NCBI GenBank assembly: GCA_963664815.2
Contig: CAXXHB010000003.1
Span: forward strand, 4,128,001-4,192,000
Direction of reading: 5' to 3'
Length of the DNA stretch: 64,000 nucleotides
DNA from: Spirochaetota bacterium
GTDB taxonomy: Bacteria > Spirochaetota > UBA4802 > UBA5550
Position numbers and translations under genes: made by a program. This document shows positions 1-10,109 of the stretch, one piece after another (the first letter of the stretch is position 1; the number at the start of each line of letters is the position of its first letter). The notes below the pieces were generated by a model that did no database searches, had not been told where the DNA came from, and worked only from the letters and a program-made list of their open reading frames with translations.

Positions 1-306
1 TATGATGATGCCCTTGACGCATTTGGCGTTCATGGAATAGGTGGAATATGGGGTTCAATGGCTGTCGGTCTTTTTGCTACCCCCGCAGTTCAGGCAGGAT
101 ATAAAGGTTTAATTTTTGGGGAAACCCATCTTCTAAGAGTACAATTCACCGCCGTAGCAGTTACTGCATTATATTCCATGCTGGCTACATATATTCTTTA
201 CAGATTACTGGACTTACTGATGGGCCTCCGGGTTGATGAGTGTGAAGAAGCTGTAGGGCTTGATATAACCGAGCACAATGAACGTGCTTATACAGTAATA
301 GATTAG
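1..306 (+). CDS. amtB: Ammonium transporter, C-terminal part (runs off the 5' edge of the window)
   Basis: Frame 1 from base 1 reads YDDALDAFGVHGIGGIWG... and ends ...GLRV..EE.VGLDITEHNERAY, the Amt C-terminal motifs; a P-II gene follows. Confidence 0.95.
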   Translation, partial: YDDALDAFGVHGIGGIWGSMAVGLFATPAVQAGYKGLIFGETHLLRVQFTAVAVTALYSMLATYILYRLLDLLMGLRVDECEEAVGLDITEHNERAYTVID

Positions 307-316
307 GAGTATATAA

Positions 317-658
317 ATGAAAATGATCATTGCCATAATTCAGCCACACCGTCTTGAGGAGGTAAAGGCTGAGCTTTACAGAGCAAAAGTAAATCTTATG
401 ACCGTAAGCGAGGTGCTGGGACATGGGCGCCAGATGGGAGTGGAAGAGGTATACCGGGGTACAAAGGAAAGCGGTAATCTGATCCGGAAAATCCGTCTTG
501 AAATAGCTGTAAACGAAGATTTCGTTGAACCTACAATTAAAGCAATAGTAACCGGAGGTAAAACAGGTAAAGTTGGAGATGGAAAAATATTTGTATACGA
601 TCTTGACGAGTGTGTACGTATCCGAACAGAAGAGCGCGGGCAAAAGGCAATCGGCTGA
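317..658 (+). CDS. glnK: Nitrogen regulatory protein P-II (GlnK/GlnB family)
   Basis: AIIQP, GHGRQ.G..EVYRG T-loop, TGKVGDGKIFV, IRTEERG motifs; RBS AGGAG; linked to amt. Confidence 0.9.
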   Translation: MKMIIAIIQPHRLEEVKAELYRAKVNLMTVSEVLGHGRQMGVEEVYRGTKESGNLIRKIRLEIAVNEDFVEPTIKAIVTGGKTGKVGDGKIFVYDLDECVRIRTEERGQKAIG

Positions 659-726
659 TATATGAATTAAAGTGTAGCCATCCTCAATCAGAAAATCCCG
701 ATCTTCTGATTCCAATATTATAATAA

Positions 727-759
727 GCGGGCTGGATTAAACACCATCCCGCATTTTTT
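727..759 (+). terminator. Probable intrinsic terminator of amt/P-II
   Basis: GCGGGCTGG...CCATCCCGC stem (one mismatch) followed by a T run. Confidence 0.55.
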
Positions 760-804
760 ACTCTATATCACAAAAACAGATCAATTGATAATCTTACCGG
801 ATTA

Positions 805-1812
805 TCACCCTTTTTTTATACCCAGAATCTCTTCCGCTCTCTGACGTACATATACACTGCTGTCGGTTAAAGCGGTTTCAATGCACTTCTTAGCCTTTAC
901 ACCCCCTATTTTCTCAAGCGTATTCAATGTCTCAATCCGGACGTCATAAAACCTGTCTGATAAGAGTTTCTCCACAACATCAACCGAGGATGGATTCTTA
1001 AAAAGCGCTATCGACTTCAACGCCTGAATCCTTACACCCTTATACTTATCCCTGCATGCCCTGTGCAGCAGCGGTAGTCCTTCCCTGATTCTATCAACAC
1101 CAATTGTGTGTGCTGTCTTTTCACGTACCGGTTCTTTCCCGTTCATATTCTTGACAAGCTGCATGAACGATGCTTCATGAAGTGCCTTTTTAACATAATC
1201 ATCTTCAACCTTTTCAAGATACATTCTTGCTGCAGCATAAACCTCAGGGTGAATATCTGCAAGAAGGCCTACCATGTAATCAATACTTTCTGCTCCGCCT
1301 ATATCGAATAGCGCCTCTGCTGCAAGAAGTCTCTCCTTATGGTGTTTCGCATGCAGCAGCTCGCCAAGATTCGGGACAAGATGACTGCTTTTTATTAATC
1401 CCGCCGATTTTATTGCCTGAAAACGCACCATCTCTTTTTTATCCATCAATCCGATCATTATAACCTGAATTACAGTATCGTTCTCAGAAGCACCCTTCCC
1501 GGCTATAACCCGGAGAAGATCAATTCGCTCCTGGGTCGATCCATTCCTGATAATTTCAAGAATTCCGTCAGATACTGACTTATCCCCCATTCCCGCGAAC
1601 TTCAGCGTAGCTATGGTTTTTACCCACGGATCATGGTCATGAGACATTCCACGCAGTTTATTCAGCTTCTCAACAGGAAGATTCTGCTTTCCGGACAACG
1701 CTACAAAAGCGCCGTAACGGACGGACGATTTTTTACTATCAAGGCATTTCGACAGTTCATCTATATTGTTCTCTTTCTCCAACCTTTTTATATCCGGACC
1801 GAAAATTGTCAT
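805..1812 (-). CDS. HEAT/PBS-lyase repeat protein
   Basis: Repeated L.D....VR..A..AL..IG units; start set at MTIFGP (ATG 1812) after GGAG. Confidence 0.85.
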   Translation of the reverse strand: MTIFGPDIKRLEKENNIDELSKCLDSKKSSVRYGAFVALSGKQNLPVEKLNKLRGMSHDHDPWVKTIATLKFAGMGDKSVSDGILEIIRNGSTQERIDLLRVIAGKGASENDTVIQVIMIGLMDKKEMVRFQAIKSAGLIKSSHLVPNLGELLHAKHHKERLLAAEALFDIGGAESIDYMVGLLADIHPEVYAAARMYLEKVEDDYVKKALHEASFMQLVKNMNGKEPVREKTAHTIGVDRIREGLPLLHRACRDKYKGVRIQALKSIALFKNPSSVDVVEKLLSDRFYDVRIETLNTLEKIGGVKAKKCIETALTDSSVYVRQRAEEILGIKKG

Positions 1813-2102
1813 AAAAATCTCCTTAATGCTGAATTTACAGCCTTTAAAAATCCCGGCTATATAATACAAGATAATATAATTTGTATTATAATGGAGAAAA
1901 ATATTTATTTAATGAATAAAAATTAGAATATAATAACAGTAATCATTTTTTAAAAATCTTTTGCATAAAATAAATCTCCGCCTCAGATATAGTAATAAAA
2001 CGATTTTTACAGATATTAAATTAATCATTTAAAACTTGTTTTTTATTGAATATTACAATAAAATACTGTTAAATTATACATAAAACAGCTGGAGGTCATA
2101 CC

Positions 2103-2435
2103 ATGAAAAACGTTAGACGCGGTCCTGATTTCATGATGAAAATGATAAATCGCATTTCTGTTATTTCCTGGATTGTACTGGCAATTGTAATCAGTATTCT
2201 TATCTTTAATAATCCTGCTTTACGCGGAATGACTCTTGTTAAAATGCCCTCAAGGGAAATATCAACAGGATGGCTTGCTCTTATATATGCAATGTTTATA
2301 TTTTTAATTATTATCAATATTGCCGGAATATTTTTTAATACCCAAAGGCTGAAAAGAAAAACCGACACAATACGGCTGACATTTTTCTTTTCAATCATCT
2401 TTGCGGTGTTAGGCCTGATAATTGGCATAAGATAA
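2103..2435 (+). CDS. Small membrane protein, three hydrophobic segments
   Basis: GGAGG RBS before ATG; three TM-like stretches. Confidence 0.7.
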   Translation: MKNVRRGPDFMMKMINRISVISWIVLAIVISILIFNNPALRGMTLVKMPSREISTGWLALIYAMFIFLIIINIAGIFFNTQRLKRKTDTIRLTFFFSIIFAVLGLIIGIR

Positions 2436-2634
2436 CAAATGTTATATTTATTTTCTGATAGCAGGATTTAAACCGGGATCATCTCCATAAATTTTTTTAT
2501 TCTGTACAAATACTGCTCACATGATAAATTTGCCCTGTTGTATAATAAAATATAAAGAGAATGAAATCATATAGCAGCCAAAGACAAAGTACAACCCGGA
2601 TTCGATCAAACTTAAAATTAAGGAATTAAATCAC

Positions 2635-3339
2635 ATGAAAAAGACAATTGTTCCGGTACTCTGCCTGGCTATGCTTCTTTCTTTAACAATCACAGTAGCA
2701 GCAGAAACAAAAGGCTTTAAAAAATACCAGCTTATGCCGAAGGATGACGCTTCTTCAGATAAAGAATTCTCCCTTTTTATTAAAAATTTTAAAAAAGATG
2801 TAAAAAATAAAAATATTGAATCACTTAGAAAATCAATAACTAAAGATATTGTGTATACCTTTGATAATGGTGATGGCATTAAAGGTTTTATAAAATACTG
2901 GAAGCTTGACAGAAATCCTGAAAAGTCAGTATTCTGGGAAGAGATGGAAAAAGTTCTTTCGCTTGGATCATCATTTTATGACGAAAAAAAAACATCTCAT
3001 GCATACCCCTATCTTTTTGTAACATTCCCTGAAGAATACGACTCCTTTGAATTTTCTGCTGTAACAGGTAAAAAAGTTAATGTAAGAAAAGACCCCTCTT
3101 CAGAATCACCAGTTGTGGAAACACTCGATTACGAAATTGTAAAACCGTTATATACAGACCAGGAACCCAGGAAAGAAAAAATTGACGGAATCAATGGGAA
3201 ATGGATTCAGGTGATGACAAGCAGCGGCAAAGAGGGATATATCTTCAGTCAGTACCTCCATTCACCAATAGGCCACAGGGCAATATTTATTAAAGAGGAT
3301 AAAAGCTGGAAACTAAGTGTATTTGTTTCAGGTGACTGA
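2635..3339 (+). CDS. Secreted protein with bacterial SH3-like domain
   Basis: Signal peptide; VNVRKDPS...W.QV.TSSGKEGYIFSQYL pattern resembling SH3_3. Confidence 0.8.
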   Translation: MKKTIVPVLCLAMLLSLTITVAAETKGFKKYQLMPKDDASSDKEFSLFIKNFKKDVKNKNIESLRKSITKDIVYTFDNGDGIKGFIKYWKLDRNPEKSVFWEEMEKVLSLGSSFYDEKKTSHAYPYLFVTFPEEYDSFEFSAVTGKKVNVRKDPSSESPVVETLDYEIVKPLYTDQEPRKEKIDGINGKWIQVMTSSGKEGYIFSQYLHSPIGHRAIFIKEDKSWKLSVFVSGD

Positions 3340-3512
3340 CAATATAAAATTTTATTGCAATCAAAATATAATCCAGGACAGATTACCCGGCTTTGCCGGA
3401 AGTCGTATTAAACTTTTCCATGATCCCAACTAAAAAAACCTGAATTAAAGAACACAGTTTACAATCTCCGGATAAACAACTCCTGTCTGACAAGCAATAC
3501 AACAGACTCATT

Positions 3513-3836
3513 TTAAAGATCTGAAGATTCACCAAAAAAATAAGGTTCAGCAAAATACACAGCAAGGTACCAGTTCCCATCCTCCAGGCTCAAACGCAAT
3601 ATCTGCCCGAACAATTTCTGTATTGCTAAATTCGGAACTGAGATGTCGAATGATACTTCACCACCTATTTCCAGTAATGGAGGAAGATGCGGGTTACTCA
3701 CTTTTAAATATGCACCATAACTGGACAGATTTTCTATCTGACAGTTAACTGCCTCATTCCGCATATTTAATAATGCATTACCGAATATTTCAAATCGCTC
3801 TTCTCTTCTCTTTTCACTTTTCTTTTCAGCGTCCAT
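3513..3836 (-). CDS. PilZ domain protein
   Basis: RxxxR (EKRREER) and NLSSYGA (D/NxSxxG) motifs; start MDAEKK after GGGAGG. Confidence 0.8.
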   Translation of the reverse strand: MDAEKKSEKRREERFEIFGNALLNMRNEAVNCQIENLSSYGAYLKVSNPHLPPLLEIGGEVSFDISVPNLAIQKLFGQILRLSLEDGNWYLAVYFAEPYFFGESSDL

Positions 3837-4064
3837 AACCCTCCCGCTTTCAAACAGTTTATTTTCATGATCGGCTTTTAAAATTTGCATAAAAAAACTG
3901 ACATCAGATACAGTATAGCTGAGTTAATGTAACAACCCTGAAATGTTTAAATTATTTTAATAATATTGAATGATCAGAAAAAATCAAAAAAAGATGATCT
4001 GTTTTGAGCAGAATAACATAACTACAGACTCTTTTCTGTAACTGTCAGACTATACTCCCCTGTT

Positions 4065-4559
4065 TTATCTCCCCTTCCAAGGTTTAAATACAGAAATAAA
4101 CAGAGTAAAAATAAGCGTAATGTTCATACATAAACCGATTATAAACTGACTTCTATTAATCATTATATAATGGGAGTTATGTAAAACTGCTATTCCATCT
4201 CTCTTTGCCATATTTGCCATTTCTTCTATCCACGGCCCTGTAAAGATAGTTCCAGTAATAATTATTGCAACTGTCACTACCCATTTGAACAGAAGCCATC
4301 GATGTTTGAAGAAACCCCATTTCGTATAAACAGAATAGAGTAATCCAGTCAGCAAAGTGAAAATTGCTGCAGGGACGAGTATCTTCATATCAATAAAATC
4401 TGTAAGATAATTAAGCATATAAAGCTGATCCCCGCTATTAATTTCTGAAGCAATATGCGAAAAAGAGAGCATAACAATTCCACATGTGAGCCATATCGAA
4501 ACAGAGAGAAGATGAAAGCCTTTTAACCACCTCTGTTGTTTTACAGTAAACTGTTTCAT
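4065..4559 (-). CDS. Membrane protein (DUF2269-like)
   Basis: Four TM segments; WGFFKHRWLLFKW and C-terminal ISVFKPW motifs. Confidence 0.75.
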   Translation of the reverse strand: MKQFTVKQQRWLKGFHLLSVSIWLTCGIVMLSFSHIASEINSGDQLYMLNYLTDFIDMKILVPAAIFTLLTGLLYSVYTKWGFFKHRWLLFKWVVTVAIIITGTIFTGPWIEEMANMAKRDGIAVLHNSHYIMINRSQFIIGLCMNITLIFTLFISVFKPWKGR

Positions 4560-4713
4560 TTTTAAATATCCTTAATAAAACGAAATAAAAAATACACCGT
4601 CATATTCTGCCCGAATAATATCTATTCATAATATCAGATTTTCAAACAAAAAATATAAAAATTTAAAACTACATCAATATGTTTCAGTGATAATTCCTTA
4701 AATATATTAGTAT

Positions 4714-4768
4714 AAAATGCTCTATCTCTCTCCGCCGCCCAAGGCGGCGGAGAGAGATAGAGCATTTT
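4714..4768. repeat. Perfect inverted repeat, 26-bp arms with 3-nt loop
   Basis: AAAATGCTCTATCTCTCTCCGCCGCC-CAA-GGCGGCGGAGAGAGATAGAGCATTTT. Confidence 0.95.
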
Positions 4769-4874
4769 CTGTTATAAAAAAATTTTTAAGGAATTATTAT
4801 AAAAAATGTTTTTTATGCAGAATTATATTACATTGGTAAATATGGCAGATGACATAATCCAAAAGGGGGAATGT

Positions 4875-5249
4875 ATGAAAACGTACACAAATCATTTGCA
4901 CAGCGCTTCTTCCATCCTCATTATTTTAATGTCCGGATTGATTATTCCAATGGTGTTTATGACAGGTTGCTATATGGATAAAAAAACTTCCCCATCCGCT
5001 GTTGACATGGTTGTAGTCTTTAAAATTGATGTCCCGATTGAAAAAGCTAGCAGCATTTTGTTTGAACAGGAGTATATTTATCACGAGGGCATGGACAACA
5101 GCAGGGATAAAAAGTATTCCGGAGAAACAGGACCAAAATATATAGTAAAAGTTCCGAAAGAGAAAATTACACTTTTTAATCTTGAGATGAAAAAATTTCC
5201 ACAGATTTACGAAGTCTATCAGGCCGACTGGACAAAACGGAAAGACTGA
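4875..5249 (+). CDS. Hypothetical (lipo)protein
   Basis: GGGGGA RBS before ATG 4875; hydrophobic N-terminus ending in MTGC lipobox-like sequence. Confidence 0.65.
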   Translation: MKTYTNHLHSASSILIILMSGLIIPMVFMTGCYMDKKTSPSAVDMVVVFKIDVPIEKASSILFEQEYIYHEGMDNSRDKKYSGETGPKYIVKVPKEKITLFNLEMKKFPQIYEVYQADWTKRKD

Positions 5250-5585
5250 TTCTATTCCGAACAGCATCTCTTGCAAAGCTAAGGTAACAGTAAAAAATTA
5301 CTTGTAATTCACATATAACCCATTATATATTACTACTGTATTTCATAGATTATCCATTTAGAAACCCTCTCCACGATGATTCTGGAGGTAACCATAAAAA
5401 ACATCTTGCTCAATTAATATAATAAAAAATCTATAACTGTTTTTTCACGAATTTATTAAATACTCATTATTTACCAAAAAACCAAAGAGAAAATTAAAAT
5501 GTTAAACCTGAATATTTATACAGATTTTTTCAGAAATAATACAATTCATAAATCTGCTATTCTATTTAAAAGAATTTTATCTTAT

Positions 5586-6203
5586 ATGAAAAAAATGAGA
5601 ACGTCAGCCATTTTTTTCAGTCTAACTGACAGAGGTGGAGAGAGAAAAAATTCCGCTAAAGAAGATGCCGATTTGATAAATGGGTTTTTAAAAGGCAATG
5701 AGAGGGATTTTGATACTCTTGTAGTAAGGTACAGAGATATGGTTTTTAATCTATGTTTGAATATTATGGGTGACTATGACGAAGCTGTTGACTGCAGTCA
5801 GGAGGCTTTCATTAAAATGTATAAAAACCTTCACAGGTTTGAGTTCAGATCCTCCCTGTCGACATGGCTCTATACCATATCCGTTAATACATGCAGGAAC
5901 GCCATTTCATCCTCATACAGGAAAAAGAGAATGTCTCTTGAAGGCTTTGAAAATACTCAAAGTACCGGAAATGAAAGTGCGCCTGAATTTATTTTTGAAA
6001 GAAGTGAGGGTGAAATTGAAGTCAGGAAGGCAATCACAAGGCTTCCCGAAGAGGAACGTATACTTATTGTAATGAGAGACCTCGAGGAGATGAGTTACGA
6101 AGAGATTACTGAAATAACCGGCGTTAAAGCCGGAACAGTGAAATCAAGAATTTCGCGCGGAAGGCACAGGCTCAGGGGCTTCCTGCAGGAGGTTATGTCA
6201 TGA
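5586..6203 (+). CDS. ECF sigma-70 factor
   Basis: Region 2 D.SQEAFIK...F...SSLSTWLY.I.VN; region 4 SYEEI.EI.G...GTVKSRISRGR; start codon uncertain. Confidence 0.92.
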   Translation: MKKMRTSAIFFSLTDRGGERKNSAKEDADLINGFLKGNERDFDTLVVRYRDMVFNLCLNIMGDYDEAVDCSQEAFIKMYKNLHRFEFRSSLSTWLYTISVNTCRNAISSSYRKKRMSLEGFENTQSTGNESAPEFIFERSEGEIEVRKAITRLPEEERILIVMRDLEEMSYEEITEITGVKAGTVKSRISRGRHRLRGFLQEVMS

Positions 6204-7192
6204 AATGCCGCGACGCCAAAGAAATGCTGCATTCATACTTCGACAATAAAACCGAACCTATGAATGATAAACTCCTCGCAGAACATATTAATTCATGTTC
6301 ACAATGCAGAGAGGAATACCATTTCCTGATCAAATACCGGGATTTGCTTAAAACAGTGAAACCGGTTTCTCCGCCGGGAAATTTCCTGTCTGAACTTCAC
6401 CGCAGGATTGAACTCGAAAAGAATAATAATCCTTTAAAAAAATTTATTACACATATAAAATCTTTTACTGACACATTTCATTTCCCTGTTGAAGCAGCAG
6501 GTGTACTTGCCATAGCCGCAGTTGTCTTTTTCCTCTACAAACCGTTTTTCACCGGGAAAACAGATGAGAGGGCTGCGGAATACAGAATTGAAACCCGCTC
6601 CGGAGAACTCGTATCAAAGAAAAATAAGAAGAACATCCCCGTAGAACCGCTAAGTTCTGTTAGCTTAAAAAAGATTCCGTCAGAAAAACAAGAATCCATA
6701 CTACTTAACGAAAACATAAAAAAAAGCAAAAAAGATAAAGGCCCCCTCTATGATTCAGATGATAATCTTTCAGTCGCAAGAGAAAAATCATATGACACGA
6801 CAAAGATTAATGAGATAAAAAAATCCCGGGAGCCGGAAAGTGAAAAAGAATTTATGAAAAGCAATGAGGAATCATTACCCTCAAAGAGCGTTGACAGCAA
6901 GAGTTTCGCCGGTAAAAGTTCTGCAGCTGCCAAAAAAGATTCAACACCGGTACAGGAGTCTGGTATCGACAGAATATTCAGGGAACACGAAGTTTTTGTT
7001 ATGAAAAAAGATTTATCCCGCGCAGACAGATTCTACTACCATATCAGAGTATATTCTGATAAACATTCACCCCTTATTAAAAACCTTAAAGAGAGTTTTA
7101 CAGTGGAGGAAAAAGTTTTAAAACAGGATAAGCTTTATTATGAAACTGAGCTGATTCTTAAAGAAAAAATAAAAAATGAGAACTTAAAATAA
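6200..7192 (+). CDS. Zinc-binding anti-sigma factor (zf-HC2) with TM helix
   Basis: N-terminal C...HxxxCxxC (EHINSCSQC); one TM; ATGA overlap with the sigma gene. Confidence 0.85.
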   Translation: MKCRDAKEMLHSYFDNKTEPMNDKLLAEHINSCSQCREEYHFLIKYRDLLKTVKPVSPPGNFLSELHRRIELEKNNNPLKKFITHIKSFTDTFHFPVEAAGVLAIAAVVFFLYKPFFTGKTDERAAEYRIETRSGELVSKKNKKNIPVEPLSSVSLKKIPSEKQESILLNENIKKSKKDKGPLYDSDDNLSVAREKSYDTTKINEIKKSREPESEKEFMKSNEESLPSKSVDSKSFAGKSSAAAKKDSTPVQESGIDRIFREHEVFVMKKDLSRADRFYYHIRVYSDKHSPLIKNLKESFTVEEKVLKQDKLYYETELILKEKIKNENLK

Positions 7193-7232
7193 GGCGGCAG
7201 TGTCAAAGAAATAAAATTACAGGAGGATCTCT

Positions 7233-8354
7233 ATGAAGCGTATATTATTAACATTCTGTATACTAATACCTTTAATATCAGCAATTCCTTCATATGCGGC
7301 TTGGGAAAAGGATGGCAAGGCTAAAATTCAGATAGCGCTGCTTCTTGACACAAGCAGCAGCATGGACGGATTGATTGACCAGGCAAGATCGCAGCTGTGG
7401 AAGGTAATTAATGAACTCGCCGTAGCACAGAAAGACGGGAAAGTTCCCTCGCTTGAAGTTTCTCTTTTTGAATACGGCAAAAGCAGCATCCCTTCGGGCG
7501 AAGGGTACCTGAGGATGGTGACATCGTTTACTCATGACCTTGACAGAATTTCATCAGAGCTCTACGCTCTTACTACCAATGGAGGTGATGAATACTGCGG
7601 CATGGTCATAGACTCGGCAACACGGAATCTTCAGTGGGACAGCAATGACAACAATCTTAAACTGATTTTTATCGCCGGCAATGAACCTTTTGACCAGGGA
7701 GAAATTAATTACAGGGAATCAATTCAAAGAGCAAAGAAAAAAGGAATTATTGTTAATACAATATTCTGCGGTGACAGAGAAACCGGTATAAGTTCGTGGT
7801 GGAAGGCAGGAGCAGATATTTCAGGAGGAAATTACATAAGCATCGACCAGAATATTCAGGTGAGGACCATTAACGCTCCCCAGGATGCAGAGCTGACCAG
7901 ACTTGGTGCTGAACTTAACAATACTTATATTTCCTTCGGCAAGGCAGGAGGCGACAAGAAAAAAGAGCAGGAGAAGCAGGATTATAACGCCATGTCAAAA
8001 TCTGCATCTATCGCTGCAGAAAGATCTATATCAAAAGCATCTGTTCATTACGATAATTCAGAATGGGATATAGTAGATGCAGCGTCAAAAGGAACAGTTG
8101 ATCTTAAAAATATGAAAAAGGATCAGCTCCCCTCCGAAATGAAAAGCATGGATTCAAAGGAACGAGAGGTTTACGTTAAAAATATGGAAAGGAAACGTGA
8201 AACAATAAAAGCCAGAATAAATAAACTGAATGCAGAAAGAAAGGCTTATATAGAAAAAATGGAAAGGGAAAATAAAGAGGAAAGTACTTTAGACTCGGCA
8301 ATTATAAAAACTGTACGGAAACAGGCAGAGGAAAAAAGTTTTAATTTTAAATAA
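7233..8354 (+). CDS. Secreted vWA-domain protein
   Basis: Signal peptide; MIDAS DTSSSM; TNGGDEYCG and IFIAGNEPF motifs. Confidence 0.88.
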   Translation: MKRILLTFCILIPLISAIPSYAAWEKDGKAKIQIALLLDTSSSMDGLIDQARSQLWKVINELAVAQKDGKVPSLEVSLFEYGKSSIPSGEGYLRMVTSFTHDLDRISSELYALTTNGGDEYCGMVIDSATRNLQWDSNDNNLKLIFIAGNEPFDQGEINYRESIQRAKKKGIIVNTIFCGDRETGISSWWKAGADISGGNYISIDQNIQVRTINAPQDAELTRLGAELNNTYISFGKAGGDKKKEQEKQDYNAMSKSASIAAERSISKASVHYDNSEWDIVDAASKGTVDLKNMKKDQLPSEMKSMDSKEREVYVKNMERKRETIKARINKLNAERKAYIEKMERENKEESTLDSAIIKTVRKQAEEKSFNFK

Positions 8355-8390
8355 AACTCCCAATCCGGTTCTTCCACGCCAACTTTCATT

Positions 8391-8417
8391 CGAACGCGGG
8401 ATCCATACCCGCATTCG
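8391..8417 (+). terminator. GC-rich hairpin downstream of the vWA gene
   Basis: CGAACGCGGG...CCCGCATTCG imperfect stem; weak U tail. Confidence 0.35.
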
Positions 8418-8528
8418 GTTATTAAAACACGATTATCCCTTATGATTAAATGGAGCAGAGTTTAATGTTTTAAATTCTTTAAGTGAATTTTTATTGCATA
8501 ATTACACCAGATGTAATATTTTCCATTC

Positions 8529-9014
8529 ATGAAAAAATACATTACATTTCCTTTATTCATGCTGATCCTTATCCTGTCCTGCACGGGAAAAGATAGAGCT
8601 AACGACCAGAAAGCCCGTCTGAGATATATAAATAAAAAGTACATGTTCACCCTCCAGTTTCCAGAAAGATGGGGCTATTATATGGATTTCGAAAAAAAAG
8701 AGATAATTGACCCGCAGATTGTTATCCCGATTGTTTTTTTTGCACTCCCCACAAAATCACGGGAGTGGCAACCGTTAAATGTGCCGGCAGGATATAGTGA
8801 ACTTTTTTACGTAAGAATATTCACACACGATCAATGGAAATTATTTCAAGAAAAATATAAATCCGGTGAAGATTTTCCGCAAAACGACAGGCTTTTCACA
8901 ACTGGTAAAAACTTTGTGTATATGATCAGATATCCTGTTTCAATACCGGTTGACCTCTACCACTACATGAAAGAGTCCGAATCTGTTACTGCAACTTTTA
9001 AGATTATTAAATAA
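8529..9014 (+). CDS. Hypothetical lipoprotein
   Basis: MKK-hydrophobic-LILSC lipobox. Confidence 0.75.
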   Translation: MKKYITFPLFMLILILSCTGKDRANDQKARLRYINKKYMFTLQFPERWGYYMDFEKKEIIDPQIVIPIVFFALPTKSREWQPLNVPAGYSELFYVRIFTHDQWKLFQEKYKSGEDFPQNDRLFTTGKNFVYMIRYPVSIPVDLYHYMKESESVTATFKIIK

Positions 9015-9379
9015 CTGAACTGTTAACTTATCCGCCATTTACTATAACTTCAGGCTATTATAAAATATTTTTTAAAAAAGAGTTGAATGGACATAATCAT
9101 CTGTCATTATTGCCAGTGTTCTGATTAGACAGTTTGCAGTCAATACTATGGCAATTAATGAGATTGAGTTAATCTTATATTTTGATTTCGCATTACTTTG
9201 ACATTACTCATCACAGACCGCTCAACAAGCGTTAAAAAAGTTTCCCTGCCTGTATAGCGCCTGTAGAAATCAGCGAAGCCGATTGATACAAGATTTTAAT
9301 TCAGTCATGTAATGCTTTCAATAGTAATTGCTTAATTAATTTTTAAAAATAATTCATTTATAATTCAGGAGACATTATT

Positions 9380-10099
9380 ATGATAAAAAAGATATTCTTT
9401 ACGGGCATATTTTTGATTTTTACGATATCTCTTTACTCTCAGGCCCCGGGGACAAATAAAACCACCGTAACCGAAGATAAAAAAGCCACAACAGATGAAA
9501 AGAAGACTGTTACTGAAGAAAAGAAAAATACTCCTGCGGAAGTCAAAGCTTCATCTAATTCAGCAGCGCATGAATTTATCGGTAAACTTGGAACCGGTTA
9601 TGCTTCAGATCCGGGGAAATTCGGACTTGATTTGAGCCTTAACTACATTTTCAACCTTGATCCTGTTTTTGTTTTCGGATTTGAGGGTGATCTTTTCTGG
9701 ATAAAATGGAACAATGCACTCAGTGATGTTAATGCCGGGGGTTCAGCAAACGGTTCACTCAAGGCGGAAACAAACCTTTACACAATTCCGGTTTTTGCAA
9801 ACGCCCAGATAAGATTTCCTTTTCTCAGGGATAAGATATATGTAATGCCTGCAATAACCGTCGGACTCGGCTACTGTTTTATGGTTCTCGATTATGACTC
9901 TGATACTAACAAAGGAACCGATTTATACAGTGGTTTTGCATGGCAGGTACTCGCTTCTTTTTCCAATAAAATATATAAGGATTCAGCCGTTGAATTCGTA
10001 TTTGATCTGGGGTACAGAGGACTAAGTCCTGACAGAAATAATGTTGAAATAGACATGTCAGGATTCATTACAAGACTCGGCGTAAAAATGAATATGTAA
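9380..10099 (+). CDS. Outer-membrane beta-barrel protein (OmpA/OmpW-like)
   Basis: Signal peptide, low-complexity K/T/E linker, alternating amphipathic strands, terminal strand RLGVKMNM; AGGAG RBS. Confidence 0.7.
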   Translation: MIKKIFFTGIFLIFTISLYSQAPGTNKTTVTEDKKATTDEKKTVTEEKKNTPAEVKASSNSAAHEFIGKLGTGYASDPGKFGLDLSLNYIFNLDPVFVFGFEGDLFWIKWNNALSDVNAGGSANGSLKAETNLYTIPVFANAQIRFPFLRDKIYVMPAITVGLGYCFMVLDYDSDTNKGTDLYSGFAWQVLASFSNKIYKDSAVEFVFDLGYRGLSPDRNNVEIDMSGFITRLGVKMNM

Positions 10100-10109
10100 G
10101 GGAATAGCG

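Noticed and set aside
2096-2428. Antisense ORF of the same length as the + strand ORF at 2103-2435
   Set aside because: The + ORF has the RBS and TM pattern; this is a shadow ORF, like most other antisense ORFs in the track
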